Shown piece by piece: positions 18,687 through 29,100 of a stretch of DNA of 64,000 bases (positions are counted from its first letter, which is position 1; the number at the start of each line of letters is the position of its first letter). The stretch lies in the IMG/VR virus record IMGVR_UViG_3300042366_001473; one strand, written 5' to 3'. Under the pieces are notes generated by a model. It ran no database searches. It worked only from the letters and a program-made list of their open reading frames with translations, and was not told where the DNA came from. A program made the position numbers and the translations under genes. This stretch comes from an uncultured virus (IMG/VR IMGVR_UViG_3300042366_001473) (taxonomy: Duplodnaviria; Heunggongvirae; Uroviricota; Caudoviricetes).

Positions 18687-18691
18687 ACAAC

Positions 18692-20002
18692 ATGCCACGC
18701 CTAAGCCTATACCGTCCCAATCGAACCCGAGATTACCAGTTTTTGGATCGCACTATCTCCGAAATGTACACTGTTGGCGGGGCAGATATGTATGTTCACA
18801 AATATCTAGGACCACAAACTGGCGGTGAGGATTCGGCATTTTCGGGCAACGCAGACGCCACCCAGCCAGTGTACGACGAACTGAATCCACTGAACATACA
18901 GGACTTGCTGTTGCTGGAAAACCGGGATCGTGTGTACGCTCCTGACATCTATGTCATGCGAGGAGTATACAATCAACAAGATGTGGACTTTGACCTAACA
19001 CAGTTTGGCTTGTTTTTGAACAATGATACCCTGTTTATCACGTTTCACTACAACGACATGATAGACACGTTTGGCCGAAAACTCATGACCGGCGATGTGC
19101 TGGAACTGCCCAACCTGCGAGATTTTCATCCGCTGAATCCTAACTTGCCGCGAGCTTTGCCCAAGTATTATGTGATACAAGACGCTGCTTTTGCCAGCGA
19201 GGGATTTAGTCAAACATGGTTGCCTCACTTGTGGCGTGTCAAAGCCACCCCGCTCACAGACGCACAAGAATACAATTCAATCACAGACAAGCCAATGGTG
19301 CAAGAAAACATCTGGGACAACGGAAACTTTTATCCCACTGGCACTGTGGTCAACTATGGCGATGTGTATTATCAGGCCACTCAGAACGTACCTGCTGGCA
19401 CAAACATAACCAATACCAACTTTTGGACTGTGTACACTCCTGACACCATCAGTGATATACAAGGCACCAGACAGAAAGACTACGAAATCAACGATGCTAT
19501 CTTGGTCCAGGCCGACGTTGAGGTTCCGTTGTCAGGCTATGATCCCACAAAGTTTTATATTTTGCCTACCAATGAGCTGCAGCCTGCTAATCCTGAAGGG
19601 CTCACAGCAGATAATACAACCACAGTAGACGGCACACAAGGCGGCATGAACGTTACTCCCAAAAGTGACGGGTACACTGTGGGTTATCTCACCGGCGATG
19701 GTATTGCACCCAATGGATTGCCTGTTACTCCTGGTGTGAGTTTTCCACTCAGTCCTGTGGCCGGCGACTACTGCTTACGGCTGGATTACAGGCCCAATAG
19801 ACTGTTCCGTTATGACGGAGCACGTTGGATCAAGATTGAAGACAAGGTTCGCACTGATCTCAACAACGGCCCAGACAACAAAACACTGCGTAGTAGTTTT
19901 GTCAACAACGACACCACAGTCAACACCACAGACCGAGGCGCTATTCCAAGTCGTCAGAGTCTCAGTGAAATTCTTAAACCTCGCGCCGACAACGGCGGTT
20001 AA
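18692..20002 (+). CDS. gp14: Neck protein gp14-like, extended
   Basis: MPRLSLYRP...LLENRDR...FDLTQFGLFLNNDTLFITFHYNDM...GDVLELP; precedes gp15; ATG 18692 preferred over GTG 18635. Confidence 0.7.
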   Translation: MPRLSLYRPNRTRDYQFLDRTISEMYTVGGADMYVHKYLGPQTGGEDSAFSGNADATQPVYDELNPLNIQDLLLLENRDRVYAPDIYVMRGVYNQQDVDFDLTQFGLFLNNDTLFITFHYNDMIDTFGRKLMTGDVLELPNLRDFHPLNPNLPRALPKYYVIQDAAFASEGFSQTWLPHLWRVKATPLTDAQEYNSITDKPMVQENIWDNGNFYPTGTVVNYGDVYYQATQNVPAGTNITNTNFWTVYTPDTISDIQGTRQKDYEINDAILVQADVEVPLSGYDPTKFYILPTNELQPANPEGLTADNTTTVDGTQGGMNVTPKSDGYTVGYLTGDGIAPNGLPVTPGVSFPLSPVAGDYCLRLDYRPNRLFRYDGARWIKIEDKVRTDLNNGPDNKTLRSSFVNNDTTVNTTDRGAIPSRQSLSEILKPRADNGG

Positions 20003-20013
20003 GGAGAATCAAA

Positions 20014-21414
20014 ATTCAAAGTTATTTTTATGACGAACAAATACGTCGATTCCTGTTACAGTTTACACGAATCTTTTCAGGGTTCCAAATTGAATACGGA
20101 CGCGACGACGCTGATCCCAATGCTGCCGCACTGTTGCGTGTGCCCATCCGCTACGGAGATTCTAGTCGTCAGGCACAGACCATACTGCAAGAAAACTCAG
20201 CCAGCAGTTTGCCATCTACTCCACTGATGACATTTTACATTGCGGCACTGAACTATGATCGTCCCAGAATGCAAGAACCTTACTTTGTAAGCAAGGTCAA
20301 TGTGCGCCAACGTACCTACGATACCGAAACTGAAACTTATGAAACCACTCAAGGCAATGCGTTTACCATAGAACGTCTGATGCCTGTGCCGTATGCGCTG
20401 ACCTTGAACCTGGATGTTTGGACCAGCAACACCAATCAAAAGTTACAGTTGGTGGAACAAATACTGACCTTGTTCAATCCCAGTTTGGAAATACAAAGCA
20501 CTGACAACTTTCTTGACTGGACCAGTTTGAGTGTGGTTGAACTAGAAAGTGTAAACTGGAGCAGTCGAACTATCCCTGTGGGCACAGAAAATCCCATTGA
20601 CATTGCCACACTGAGATTCAATTTGCCAATTTGGATCAGTCCACCTGCCAGGGTCAAGAAACTGGGCGTGGTTGAACGAATTGTGGCCAGCATGTACGAT
20701 GCACAAGGCGACTTGATCAACGCCATTACCAACAACGATTTGTTGCTGGGCACACGTCAGGTAATCACACCCTACAACTATGCCACTGTGCTGATTGGCA
20801 ACAAACTACAGTGTTTGCAGCAACAGTACCTGGCTGCAGAGCCTGACAACGACAGTTTGCAAGAAACTGTGATTGTGCCCGACAGCAACTTGATGTGGCC
20901 TGCTGTGATCAGCTTGTACGGTGCTCTACGTCCAGGCATCAGTCAAATCAGACTGGAACAACCTGATGAATCAGAAGTTGTGGGCACTATTGTGGTAGAT
21001 CCCAACGATGAAAGATTCTTGCTGGTAGACATAGACGTTGACACTGTGCCACAAAACACATTGCCGCCCATTGATGCCATTATCAATCCGCAGGCCACTG
21101 GGCCCAGAACCGAAGACTCTTCCATAGCTGGTGTCAGGTATTTGTTGACTGAACCTACTGGCAACGGTGAAAATATTGGGCCAGCTTCGGCCTGGGTTGG
21201 CGAAAATGGGCGACCACTGATAGCCGAAGCCAACGACATAGTTGAATACATGGCATCTGGTTTTTGGCGTGTGGTGTTCAATGCATCATCACAATCTGCC
21301 AGCCAGTATGTGACCAACATAACTACAGGTACACAATATTACTGGACTGGACAAGAATGGATCAAAAGCTATCAAGGAGTGTACCCCGGGGGAAAATGGA
21401 GACTGGTTCTGTAA
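20014..21414 (+). CDS. gp15: Tail terminator / sheath stabilizer gp15 (probable ATT start)
   Basis: (I)QSYFYDEQIRRFLLQFTRIFS...VPIRYGD...MPVPY...QKLQLVEQILTLFNP; AAGGAG 7 nt before ATT 20014. Confidence 0.85.
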   Translation: MQSYFYDEQIRRFLLQFTRIFSGFQIEYGRDDADPNAAALLRVPIRYGDSSRQAQTILQENSASSLPSTPLMTFYIAALNYDRPRMQEPYFVSKVNVRQRTYDTETETYETTQGNAFTIERLMPVPYALTLNLDVWTSNTNQKLQLVEQILTLFNPSLEIQSTDNFLDWTSLSVVELESVNWSSRTIPVGTENPIDIATLRFNLPIWISPPARVKKLGVVERIVASMYDAQGDLINAITNNDLLLGTRQVITPYNYATVLIGNKLQCLQQQYLAAEPDNDSLQETVIVPDSNLMWPAVISLYGALRPGISQIRLEQPDESEVVGTIVVDPNDERFLLVDIDVDTVPQNTLPPIDAIINPQATGPRTEDSSIAGVRYLLTEPTGNGENIGPASAWVGENGRPLIAEANDIVEYMASGFWRVVFNASSQSASQYVTNITTGTQYYWTGQEWIKSYQGVYPGGKWRLVL

Positions 21415-21839
21415 GAGCTGTGGGCGTTTGGTTTCGCAGTGCTGACACTGGACGCTATCTCTATTTGTTGCGCAACGATGCCAAACACCCTGGCTCTTGG
21501 GGCTTGCCTGGTGGCAAGGTAGAGCCCAGCGAAACGTTGTTGGGCGGTATGGAACGCGAATGTGTGGAAGAACTGGGATTTTTTCCTGACTATCAACATC
21601 TTGTGCCGTTGGAAAAATTCACCAGCGCCGACAGTCAATTTGAATACAATACCTGGGTGTGCAGTGTGGCCACAGAATTCACTCCAACATTGAATCACGA
21701 ACACCTTGGCTATGCCTGGATTGATCGCGGGCACTGGCCAAGGCCCATGCATCCTGGGCTGTGGAACACTGTGAATGTTGAAGCTGTGCAAGGCAAGATA
21801 GACACTGTGGAGCGTTATCTTGCCTCTTTGGCCGTTTAG
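21396..21839 (+). CDS. NUDIX hydrolase
   Basis: WGLPGGKVEPSETLLGGMERECVEELG Nudix box; LNHEHLGYAW; ATG 21396 overlaps the end of gp15. Confidence 0.9.
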   Translation: METGSVRAVGVWFRSADTGRYLYLLRNDAKHPGSWGLPGGKVEPSETLLGGMERECVEELGFFPDYQHLVPLEKFTSADSQFEYNTWVCSVATEFTPTLNHEHLGYAWIDRGHWPRPMHPGLWNTVNVEAVQGKIDTVERYLASLAV

Positions 21840-24800
21840 GCCTGGCTTTCAAAGTACTGCAACTGAATTTCAGACACAGGATTGGTAGCCGTTACCAATG
21901 CAGTGAGCTGAATTGCCAGCAGTTCAGGACCGTTGGGGTAAACACCTTGCCCTGGAACAGCACTGGTCCCTACCTGTTTCACTGAACTCAGATCCAGTGT
22001 GCCCGAGTTGGTGGTACTGATTGGGATAGCAAACAGTCGTTCGCCACCGTTCAATTCACTGGTAATAGCAGCAACTGTGAGGTTTAGATCGTTGGCAGGT
22101 GTTGATCCTCCAATGACGTTGCCTAAAATTCTCAAGGTATCCGCAACAGCATATCCTGTGCCGGGATTCTGCACAGTGATTTGCACAGTGTTGTTGTTGT
22201 AAGTTGTGCCTGTTCGTGTCAACTGCACAGTGATGTTGGCACCCGATCCTGAACTGGATATCACACCTGGAGTCAAGTTTGCAAATGTTCTAGTGGTAGA
22301 AAACGTTGGTTTTGTACCTGATTCAATAAGGCCACCTTCTGTGCCAAATGGAGATCCTGTAAGGCCACCAGTGCTTTCGTCGGTGTAGGTAGGAGCAGTA
22401 GAAAATTCACACAGGCTGGGCTGAAAGCCACCGCCCAGGTTGTTGATGCCAGCCCAGGCAGTGTTGGCAGCATCAATGTTGCTGGGGTTCAAGATACCTT
22501 CTACCAAATAACGACCGGCTGTGATGTTTATGATCATGTTTTTCATGGTAACTTGAGCACGGTTGATTAGGTCACGATCGCCTAGCTCTCCAATCAGGCC
22601 ATTGCTGACACTGGGGCTTAGTCGCATACAAAATGCCACTTGCTTCTGTCCAATAGTTGCCGGCAAACCGTAGTTCACGCGGTTGAATGTGAACTGATAG
22701 CCTTCGTCACCATCAAAGTTGCCGTCCATGATCACTGAACTACCCCAGTGATTTACCAGTGGCGTACAAGTATTTGAGATCAAAATAACACCAGTGTTGG
22801 CAGCATGGCTGGCGGCTGCCGAGCTGGTAAAACTGCGGTTAGCGCCTTCTACCCATTGCGAAAATGTTGCTGCTCGTGTGCAACCAGTCAAATTGTTGCC
22901 AGTCTTGCCCGAGTACTTGACGATTTCGCTGTCGATCATCACGTACACAGGATATGTCACACTGGCTGCAGGATAGTCGGTGGCATCAACCAAAGTAATA
23001 GTGGACTGGCTGCTGTCGATGGCACTGGCCAATCTGTTTACCGGTGTTTCGTTGATGGCTTCATATCGTGCAGGCAAATTGCCTGAACGCATGTATGCTT
23101 CGTTGTTGATGTTGTTGTTGGGACGACGATGTGCTGGAATCATAACACCATCTTGCCCTCGAGCCATCCACTGCACATAGCCTGCACCGTACCATGAATA
23201 CTCTACACCCAACATCTGCATTTTGGTGGAGTCAAGAGTGTATCCGCTGGGACCTGTGCCATCCAATGGATCAATGTTGAAATCTGGTTGACGAACACGA
23301 ATCTCTTGTCGTAAACACATTTTTACACGATTTTGATTTGATACTCCGCGATACACTGGTACCACAGTCATGCGTTGCTCGCTGGGAATACTAGTGACAG
23401 TGTGTGTCATACCACGGATAACCACAACGTCTCCGTTGTTGAGTTGTTCTTGGAAACGACAAGTTTCGTTGCCTACCACCAAGTTGGAGCCTACACCCAC
23501 TGATACCAAGCCAGCTACCTGGAATGTGGAACTGCGCTGTACTGCATTGATACTTTGGCCATCACATTCCCAATACAAACCGTTTTGATCATCAAAGATA
23601 CCAGCTCGAACGCTTGCTCCGTGCCAGGCTTCCACGTTCACACGAGGTTGTGATCCCAGTACCGGTGTGGTTGAACCCAGTGTGTCTTGTGCATCAACAG
23701 TGAAGCTGAGATCACTTAAAATGTCAGTAATCACATAACCTGGGTAGTTGTATCCTGAAGTTGTAACTCCCGACAGCGCAATCTCTGCGCCAGGATTTAG
23801 TCCATGAGGCAAATCGGTAACTATGGTAATAGTGCTGTTGGGCACAGTGTTGGAGGCAGATACTGCAATAACATCAAATGTTGGTTTCAGCATGGTACCT
23901 GATGTAAACAAAATTCCTTTACCTGATTGATAACGGAAATATTTTTTAGTCTGTCGTACAGCAGCAGCGCCACGAGTTGGCGTTCCGGGTCCCAACACAA
24001 CACCGCCGTCAAACGGTCTTGGCAAGAATGTGGCATTGCTGCGAACGTTGATTATGCCCAATATTGATCCAGACACCGCAGCACCAGTTTTGGCAGTGTA
24101 GGTAAATGTGTTGTTGCTGGGCACACTCACGATAAAGAAACTGCCCAGGCCATACACATAGTTTGTGCCAGCAGTTAGGTTACACAAAATTGGAGTTCCT
24201 GGTACCAGTCCGTGAGCATATGTTGTGGTCACAGTGATTGTGCTGGGGTTGGCTCCATTGCTGGTAATGCTGAGTATGTCCAGATCAGCTCCTGTAAACG
24301 GAAATGCTGCTCGAATCACAGTGTCTGACCGGTTCAACGGATAACCCAAGGCAACAGCAGGGTCCAAGTGCGGATAATAACTGAAGTTGTTGCTGTTGAA
24401 TCCCAGAGCACTCAAAATGTTGGTACCGTCAGTGGAAGTGCTTTCTGAGCTCAGTACTGTGCAGTACTCTCCTTGTCCTGCGATAAAACTATTGTCGGGC
24501 GCATTGACAGCGGTCAACGGAACGTTGGCATCGGTACTGGCATTGTATACACCGGTCATGCGTACCATTAAACTGCCAACTCCAGCAGCGGTCAGAGCGG
24601 TTGAACCAAATGCTGATCTAGAAATTGTTTGCTGTCCGTTGACTGCAGAGCTTATGGCAGTGTGTTGAACCAATTCAACGTTGGCACTGCATCGTTGAAT
24701 GATAGAACCTATTTCTGCAGAATTCACACTGGGAATGTTGTACCAGCCACGGGCCACGTCTATAGAAGTGCCGCTGTCAACTCTGAGTACTCTGGCTATT

Positions 24801-25804
24801 TCAATAGCTGGAACCACATACACTGCATTGCCTGAGTTGATGTTGGCTCCTGCACCGTTGGTGTTGTTGGACTGTCGGACCACAGTGAGTGTGTTGGTGC
24901 TGACGTTGGTCACTGCCATGACTTCGTATACATTGGCGGTGTTGGTCAGTGCAATGATATAACTGCCGTCTACTATGCCTGCAGTGGATGCGTCGGTGAC
25001 TACTACTGTGGTAGTGGCTGTGCTGCTGATTGTGGTGGCAATAGTGGTTCCACCTGAAGCTGGACGCGGAATAATCAACACGTTGTCGCCTGCAGAAAAT
25101 CCTGTGGAACTGCTGACAGTGATTGCTCTTTCCTGCGGACTGGGCACGCGAGCAGTGGTAAATGTGCTGGTCAACGGAACTATGTTGCCCTGTGTTTGAC
25201 TGATCAACAGTGCAAAATCGTTGGCTACCCATTGTGTTGAACCAGGGTTGGCCAATCTCACAGATGTATCAACGTCTGATGTAATCACATCATCACCTGA
25301 AATCAATGACACATAGCCGTTGGTGCCAAACACAATGTCAGATCCTGTGTTTTCATAAAAACCAGGAATGTTGTTGTTGACCGAATAGTTCTGCCACTTG
25401 GTGTTTTGCAAACCATATTCAAAGTCAGCGTCAATCAAGGCCTGTGGGTTGGCAACTCTGCTGCGTCCAATAGCGTCCATTTCAAACGACCAGGGCTTGG
25501 TGGTCATGCTTTGAGCTTCTACCCAGATTGCCAGCTTGTCTGCAGCATTCATCAGGCTGGTGTCAGCGTTCAATGTCAATGTGGTAACACCGTCGTAGGC
25601 TGTGGGAAACTGTGCTGTGGTACCTGCTGCCCAGGCCACTGTGCCGCCCAACACAGGGTCACCAAAATTGTAGATATTGATGTTGTCTGTGGTGTTGTAG
25701 ATGGCTAGAAATTCTTCTAGATTTACACGCCCCTGCACCTTGACAGTACCCAAACCTGAGGTACCAGGTGTAAAAACGTATTGATTAACTCGTTGACGTG
25801 CCAT
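21836..25804 (-). CDS. Large virion structural protein (baseplate/fibre-associated)
   Basis: 1322 aa beta-rich; DADFEYGLQNTKW and RQTKKYFRYQSGKG motifs seen in T4-like virion proteins; repeated TITVTT..HGL modules. Confidence 0.65.
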   Translation of the reverse strand: MARQRVNQYVFTPGTSGLGTVKVQGRVNLEEFLAIYNTTDNINIYNFGDPVLGGTVAWAAGTTAQFPTAYDGVTTLTLNADTSLMNAADKLAIWVEAQSMTTKPWSFEMDAIGRSRVANPQALIDADFEYGLQNTKWQNYSVNNNIPGFYENTGSDIVFGTNGYVSLISGDDVITSDVDTSVRLANPGSTQWVANDFALLISQTQGNIVPLTSTFTTARVPSPQERAITVSSSTGFSAGDNVLIIPRPASGGTTIATTISSTATTTVVVTDASTAGIVDGSYIIALTNTANVYEVMAVTNVSTNTLTVVRQSNNTNGAGANINSGNAVYVVPAIEIARVLRVDSGTSIDVARGWYNIPSVNSAEIGSIIQRCSANVELVQHTAISSAVNGQQTISRSAFGSTALTAAGVGSLMVRMTGVYNASTDANVPLTAVNAPDNSFIAGQGEYCTVLSSESTSTDGTNILSALGFNSNNFSYYPHLDPAVALGYPLNRSDTVIRAAFPFTGADLDILSITSNGANPSTITVTTTYAHGLVPGTPILCNLTAGTNYVYGLGSFFIVSVPSNNTFTYTAKTGAAVSGSILGIINVRSNATFLPRPFDGGVVLGPGTPTRGAAAVRQTKKYFRYQSGKGILFTSGTMLKPTFDVIAVSASNTVPNSTITIVTDLPHGLNPGAEIALSGVTTSGYNYPGYVITDILSDLSFTVDAQDTLGSTTPVLGSQPRVNVEAWHGASVRAGIFDDQNGLYWECDGQSINAVQRSSTFQVAGLVSVGVGSNLVVGNETCRFQEQLNNGDVVVIRGMTHTVTSIPSEQRMTVVPVYRGVSNQNRVKMCLRQEIRVRQPDFNIDPLDGTGPSGYTLDSTKMQMLGVEYSWYGAGYVQWMARGQDGVMIPAHRRPNNNINNEAYMRSGNLPARYEAINETPVNRLASAIDSSQSTITLVDATDYPAASVTYPVYVMIDSEIVKYSGKTGNNLTGCTRAATFSQWVEGANRSFTSSAAASHAANTGVILISNTCTPLVNHWGSSVIMDGNFDGDEGYQFTFNRVNYGLPATIGQKQVAFCMRLSPSVSNGLIGELGDRDLINRAQVTMKNMIINITAGRYLVEGILNPSNIDAANTAWAGINNLGGGFQPSLCEFSTAPTYTDESTGGLTGSPFGTEGGLIESGTKPTFSTTRTFANLTPGVISSSGSGANITVQLTRTGTTYNNNTVQITVQNPGTGYAVADTLRILGNVIGGSTPANDLNLTVAAITSELNGGERLFAIPISTTNSGTLDLSSVKQVGTSAVPGQGVYPNGPELLAIQLTALVTATNPVSEIQLQYFESQA

Positions 25805-25807
25805 CTT

Positions 25808-26197
25808 TTAAACTCCAAATATGATTTGATTCGCAGTAAGTCTTGCCTGCGTGCTTGTACTAAATTTATCGTAACTGACTGCGCCAGTTGCAATTTTGCT
25901 GTTGGTCACCGTGGCATCGCTGGGGACACCAGTGAACAGGGTATCGCCCATGAGTATGCCAAAGAACGGTGTTAGAGATGCTGGGGGTGCAGAAAAGCTA
26001 ATGGTTGATCCAGCAATTGAAAAATCAACTCCGGGATTCAAAGGTATGTCGTTGAGCACCACCATCATTGCAAACACAGTGGGAGGTGTAAATGCTGTAC
26101 CTCCTACAGTGATAGGAAAACTTGTGGTTGAGCCATCAAAGCTCAACGCATCCATTTTTCTGTACTGACCAATTTGCGGTGTGTTACCTATATACAT
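25808..26197 (-). CDS. Small virion structural protein
   Basis: MYIGNTP..FDGSTTSF..P..DFSIAGSTISFSAPP module typical of T4-like fibre adaptors. Confidence 0.65.
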   Translation of the reverse strand: MYIGNTPQIGQYRKMDALSFDGSTTSFPITVGGTAFTPPTVFAMMVVLNDIPLNPGVDFSIAGSTISFSAPPASLTPFFGILMGDTLFTGVPSDATVTNSKIATGAVSYDKFSTSTQARLTANQIIFGV

Positions 26198-29100
26198 TTA
26201 TAATCTTCCTACTACAACTTCAATTACACCACTGGTTCCATCAAAGTCTGCCAATGCTTTACCAATCACAGACCCCAATGCAGGTGTTGCACATGCTTGT
26301 GCTTGGCCGTTGCCAGCAGCTACCATCATGTCTCCTTTGCGTACTGTGCCTGTTACTCGGGTAGGAACTCGACCAGTCAACGCAACTGCCACTGGATGTT
26401 CGCAGTCAATGGTAGAATTCATCAAGTGCGCTGGATCCGTAGACACTACACCTGCAATTCTTGTGTCACCTGCTGCGTTGGCAACAGTGACTTCTGCTGT
26501 GCCACCAAATATCAACACAGTGCCTGGTTCGTACACAGCATCAGCAGAATAATTTTCTGCCAAGTCAGCATAACGTGCAGAAGTTGCAGTTGCTGTAATT
26601 ACTCCAGCACTAAATTCTCCACTTGCCCCACGTGCAACAATTGCACCTGCGGTGTTTGCGCTAGTTGCAGTAGAACCCAACGTGATAGAACCTGTGCTTG
26701 CGTTTACGGTGATGCCGCCGCCACCTGTTAAAGCAGTTACACCTGTGTTGGTAATAGTAACGCCCGTGCTGCCATTGTAACTGGTACCGCCGAGGCCTGT
26801 GCCAATTGTGAGTGTACCTGTGGCAGTGGCTGTGATTGTGCCTGATGCACCTAGTGCAATTGCAGTACCATTAACAGTTATGCTAGCGTTAGCCAATCTA
26901 GCCTGAGCCAGTGTGCCACTAGAAATGTTGGTAGCACTGATACTGGTAACGTTGGCTCCTGATCCATTCAATGTGCCAACAAAGTTTCCTGATGTAGTAT
27001 TACCAGTCACTGCCAATGCAGTCAACGTACCAACTGAGGTTATGTTGGGTTGTGCTGCTGTGGTCACAGTACCTGCTGTGGTAGCTGAAGTAGCACTGGT
27101 TGCAGTAGCTGCTGAACCTGATATATTACCTGTAATAGTTGCAGTTACAGTCAACCCTGACAGTGTACCAACTGAAGTAATGTTGGGTTGTGCTGCTGTT
27201 GTCACAGTACCAGCTGTAGTAGCACTTGTTGCAGTACCAGCTGATCCTGTTATATTACCTGTGATGGTTGCAGTTACCGTCAACCCTGACAATGTACCAA
27301 CAGATGTTATGTTGGGTTGTGCTGCTGTTGTCACAGTACCTGCCGTTGTGGCTGATGTAGCTGCTCCAGTCAATGCACCCACAAATGTAGTTGATGTCAC
27401 ACTAGTCAAACCAACCACAGTGGTCACAGTTGCACCAAGTGTGAGTGCTGTACCGCCCAGTGTTACTGCGGCATTGGCCAATCTAGCTTGTTCCAGTGTA
27501 CCAGAACTAATGTTGGTAGCACTGATGCTGGTAACGTTGGCACCTGATCCATTTAGTGTACCAACAAAGTTGCTTGATGTAGTGTTACCGGTCACTGCTA
27601 GTGCAGTTAATGTACCAACTGAAGTAATGTTGGGCTGTGCTGCTGTGGTCACAGTACCAGCTGTGGTTGCACTTGTTGCGGTAGTAGCCGATCCAGCAGA
27701 AGTAGCAAAAGTAGCGTTGGCCACAGTACCTGTGACGTTGGCCCCAGTAATTGCACTCAATCCTGATCCGTTGCCGTTGATATTGGCACCAGTGATGTTG
27801 CCTGTGGCACTGATCAATCCTGTAACAAATTGTCCAGTGGATGCAATTACTACTACGTTTGAAGTTCCTGCTACCGTAGCTGTAAGGTTTGCATTTAGGA
27901 TAGAACTAAAATTAGTAGAGCCATTGACAATCTGTGTTGGGGTAGCTGGATTCAACGGAGTTGCCGCACCTGCAGCAGCAGTTGCCAAATCAATAAACAC
28001 GCCGCGTGCTGTGCCACCAGTTTCAAAGAATCGTATTCTATTCTGATAAACGTCTATGTTTACACCACCACTCAATGTAGTGTTTGCGGCTGCAAGGGCT
28101 AGTTGAATCTCTCCTCCTTCGTCGCCTGCTGAGTTAGTTGATCTTAAAACATTACCATTGACCGTGCCAGTGGCTGACATTGATCCAGCAGTGTTTATAT
28201 TACCACCAGTGATGTTGCTAGTTGCTGTAATCAACCCTGTTGTGATCAAATTGCCGCTGGTGATGTTGCCTGTAGTAGCCAATGCTCCCAGCACGTTGCC
28301 AATCAGGCTCAAACCTGTGGCAATCACATTACCTGCACTGACGTTGCCTGTGGCAGTAACATTGCCTGTACTGCTGACTATGGCTCCAATCACTGCTTGT
28401 GTGGCCAACACGTTGCCACCACTCACATTACCTGCACTGACTATGTTGCCTGTGCTGCTTATTGTGCCTGCAGTGGCTATGTTGCCACCTGTGATAGTAC
28501 CAGTTGCACTCACTGTGCCACCTGCACTGACCAATCCAGTGGTTAATATGTTACCGCCTGTGATATTGCCGCCTGCACTTACTGTTGTGCCTGCTGCTAC
28601 AGCACTCACCGCATTTAAGTTGCCACCGTTGGTATTACCAGTGGCTTGAATTGATCCTGTGGCAGTGATCAAGCCGGGTGTGCTGATGTTGCCGCCCACA
28701 ATGTTGCCTGTGGCGCTGACAATACCAGCTGTGTTGACGTTGCCTCCGGTGACGTTGCCTGAACCACTGATAGTTGTGCCTGAGATATCAGCGCCTGTAA
28801 TAGCACCCGTTGCTGAGATCAGACCGCCGGTGATCAAGTTGCCACCTGTAATGTTGCCAGTAAAAGTACCAAATCCTGTGGCAATTACGTTGGCTCCTGT
28901 GACCAAGTTGCCTGTAGCAGTGATCAACCCACCTGTAATTAAGTTGCCGCCAGTGATGTTGCCTGCTGCACTGATTGTGGTGCCTGCTGCAACACTGCCT
29001 GCATTTACAGCACCAGTTGCCGAAACCAAGCCTGCTGTGTTGATGTTGCCACCTGTGATGTTGCCCACGGCACTTATAGTAGATCCAGCAACAATAGTGC

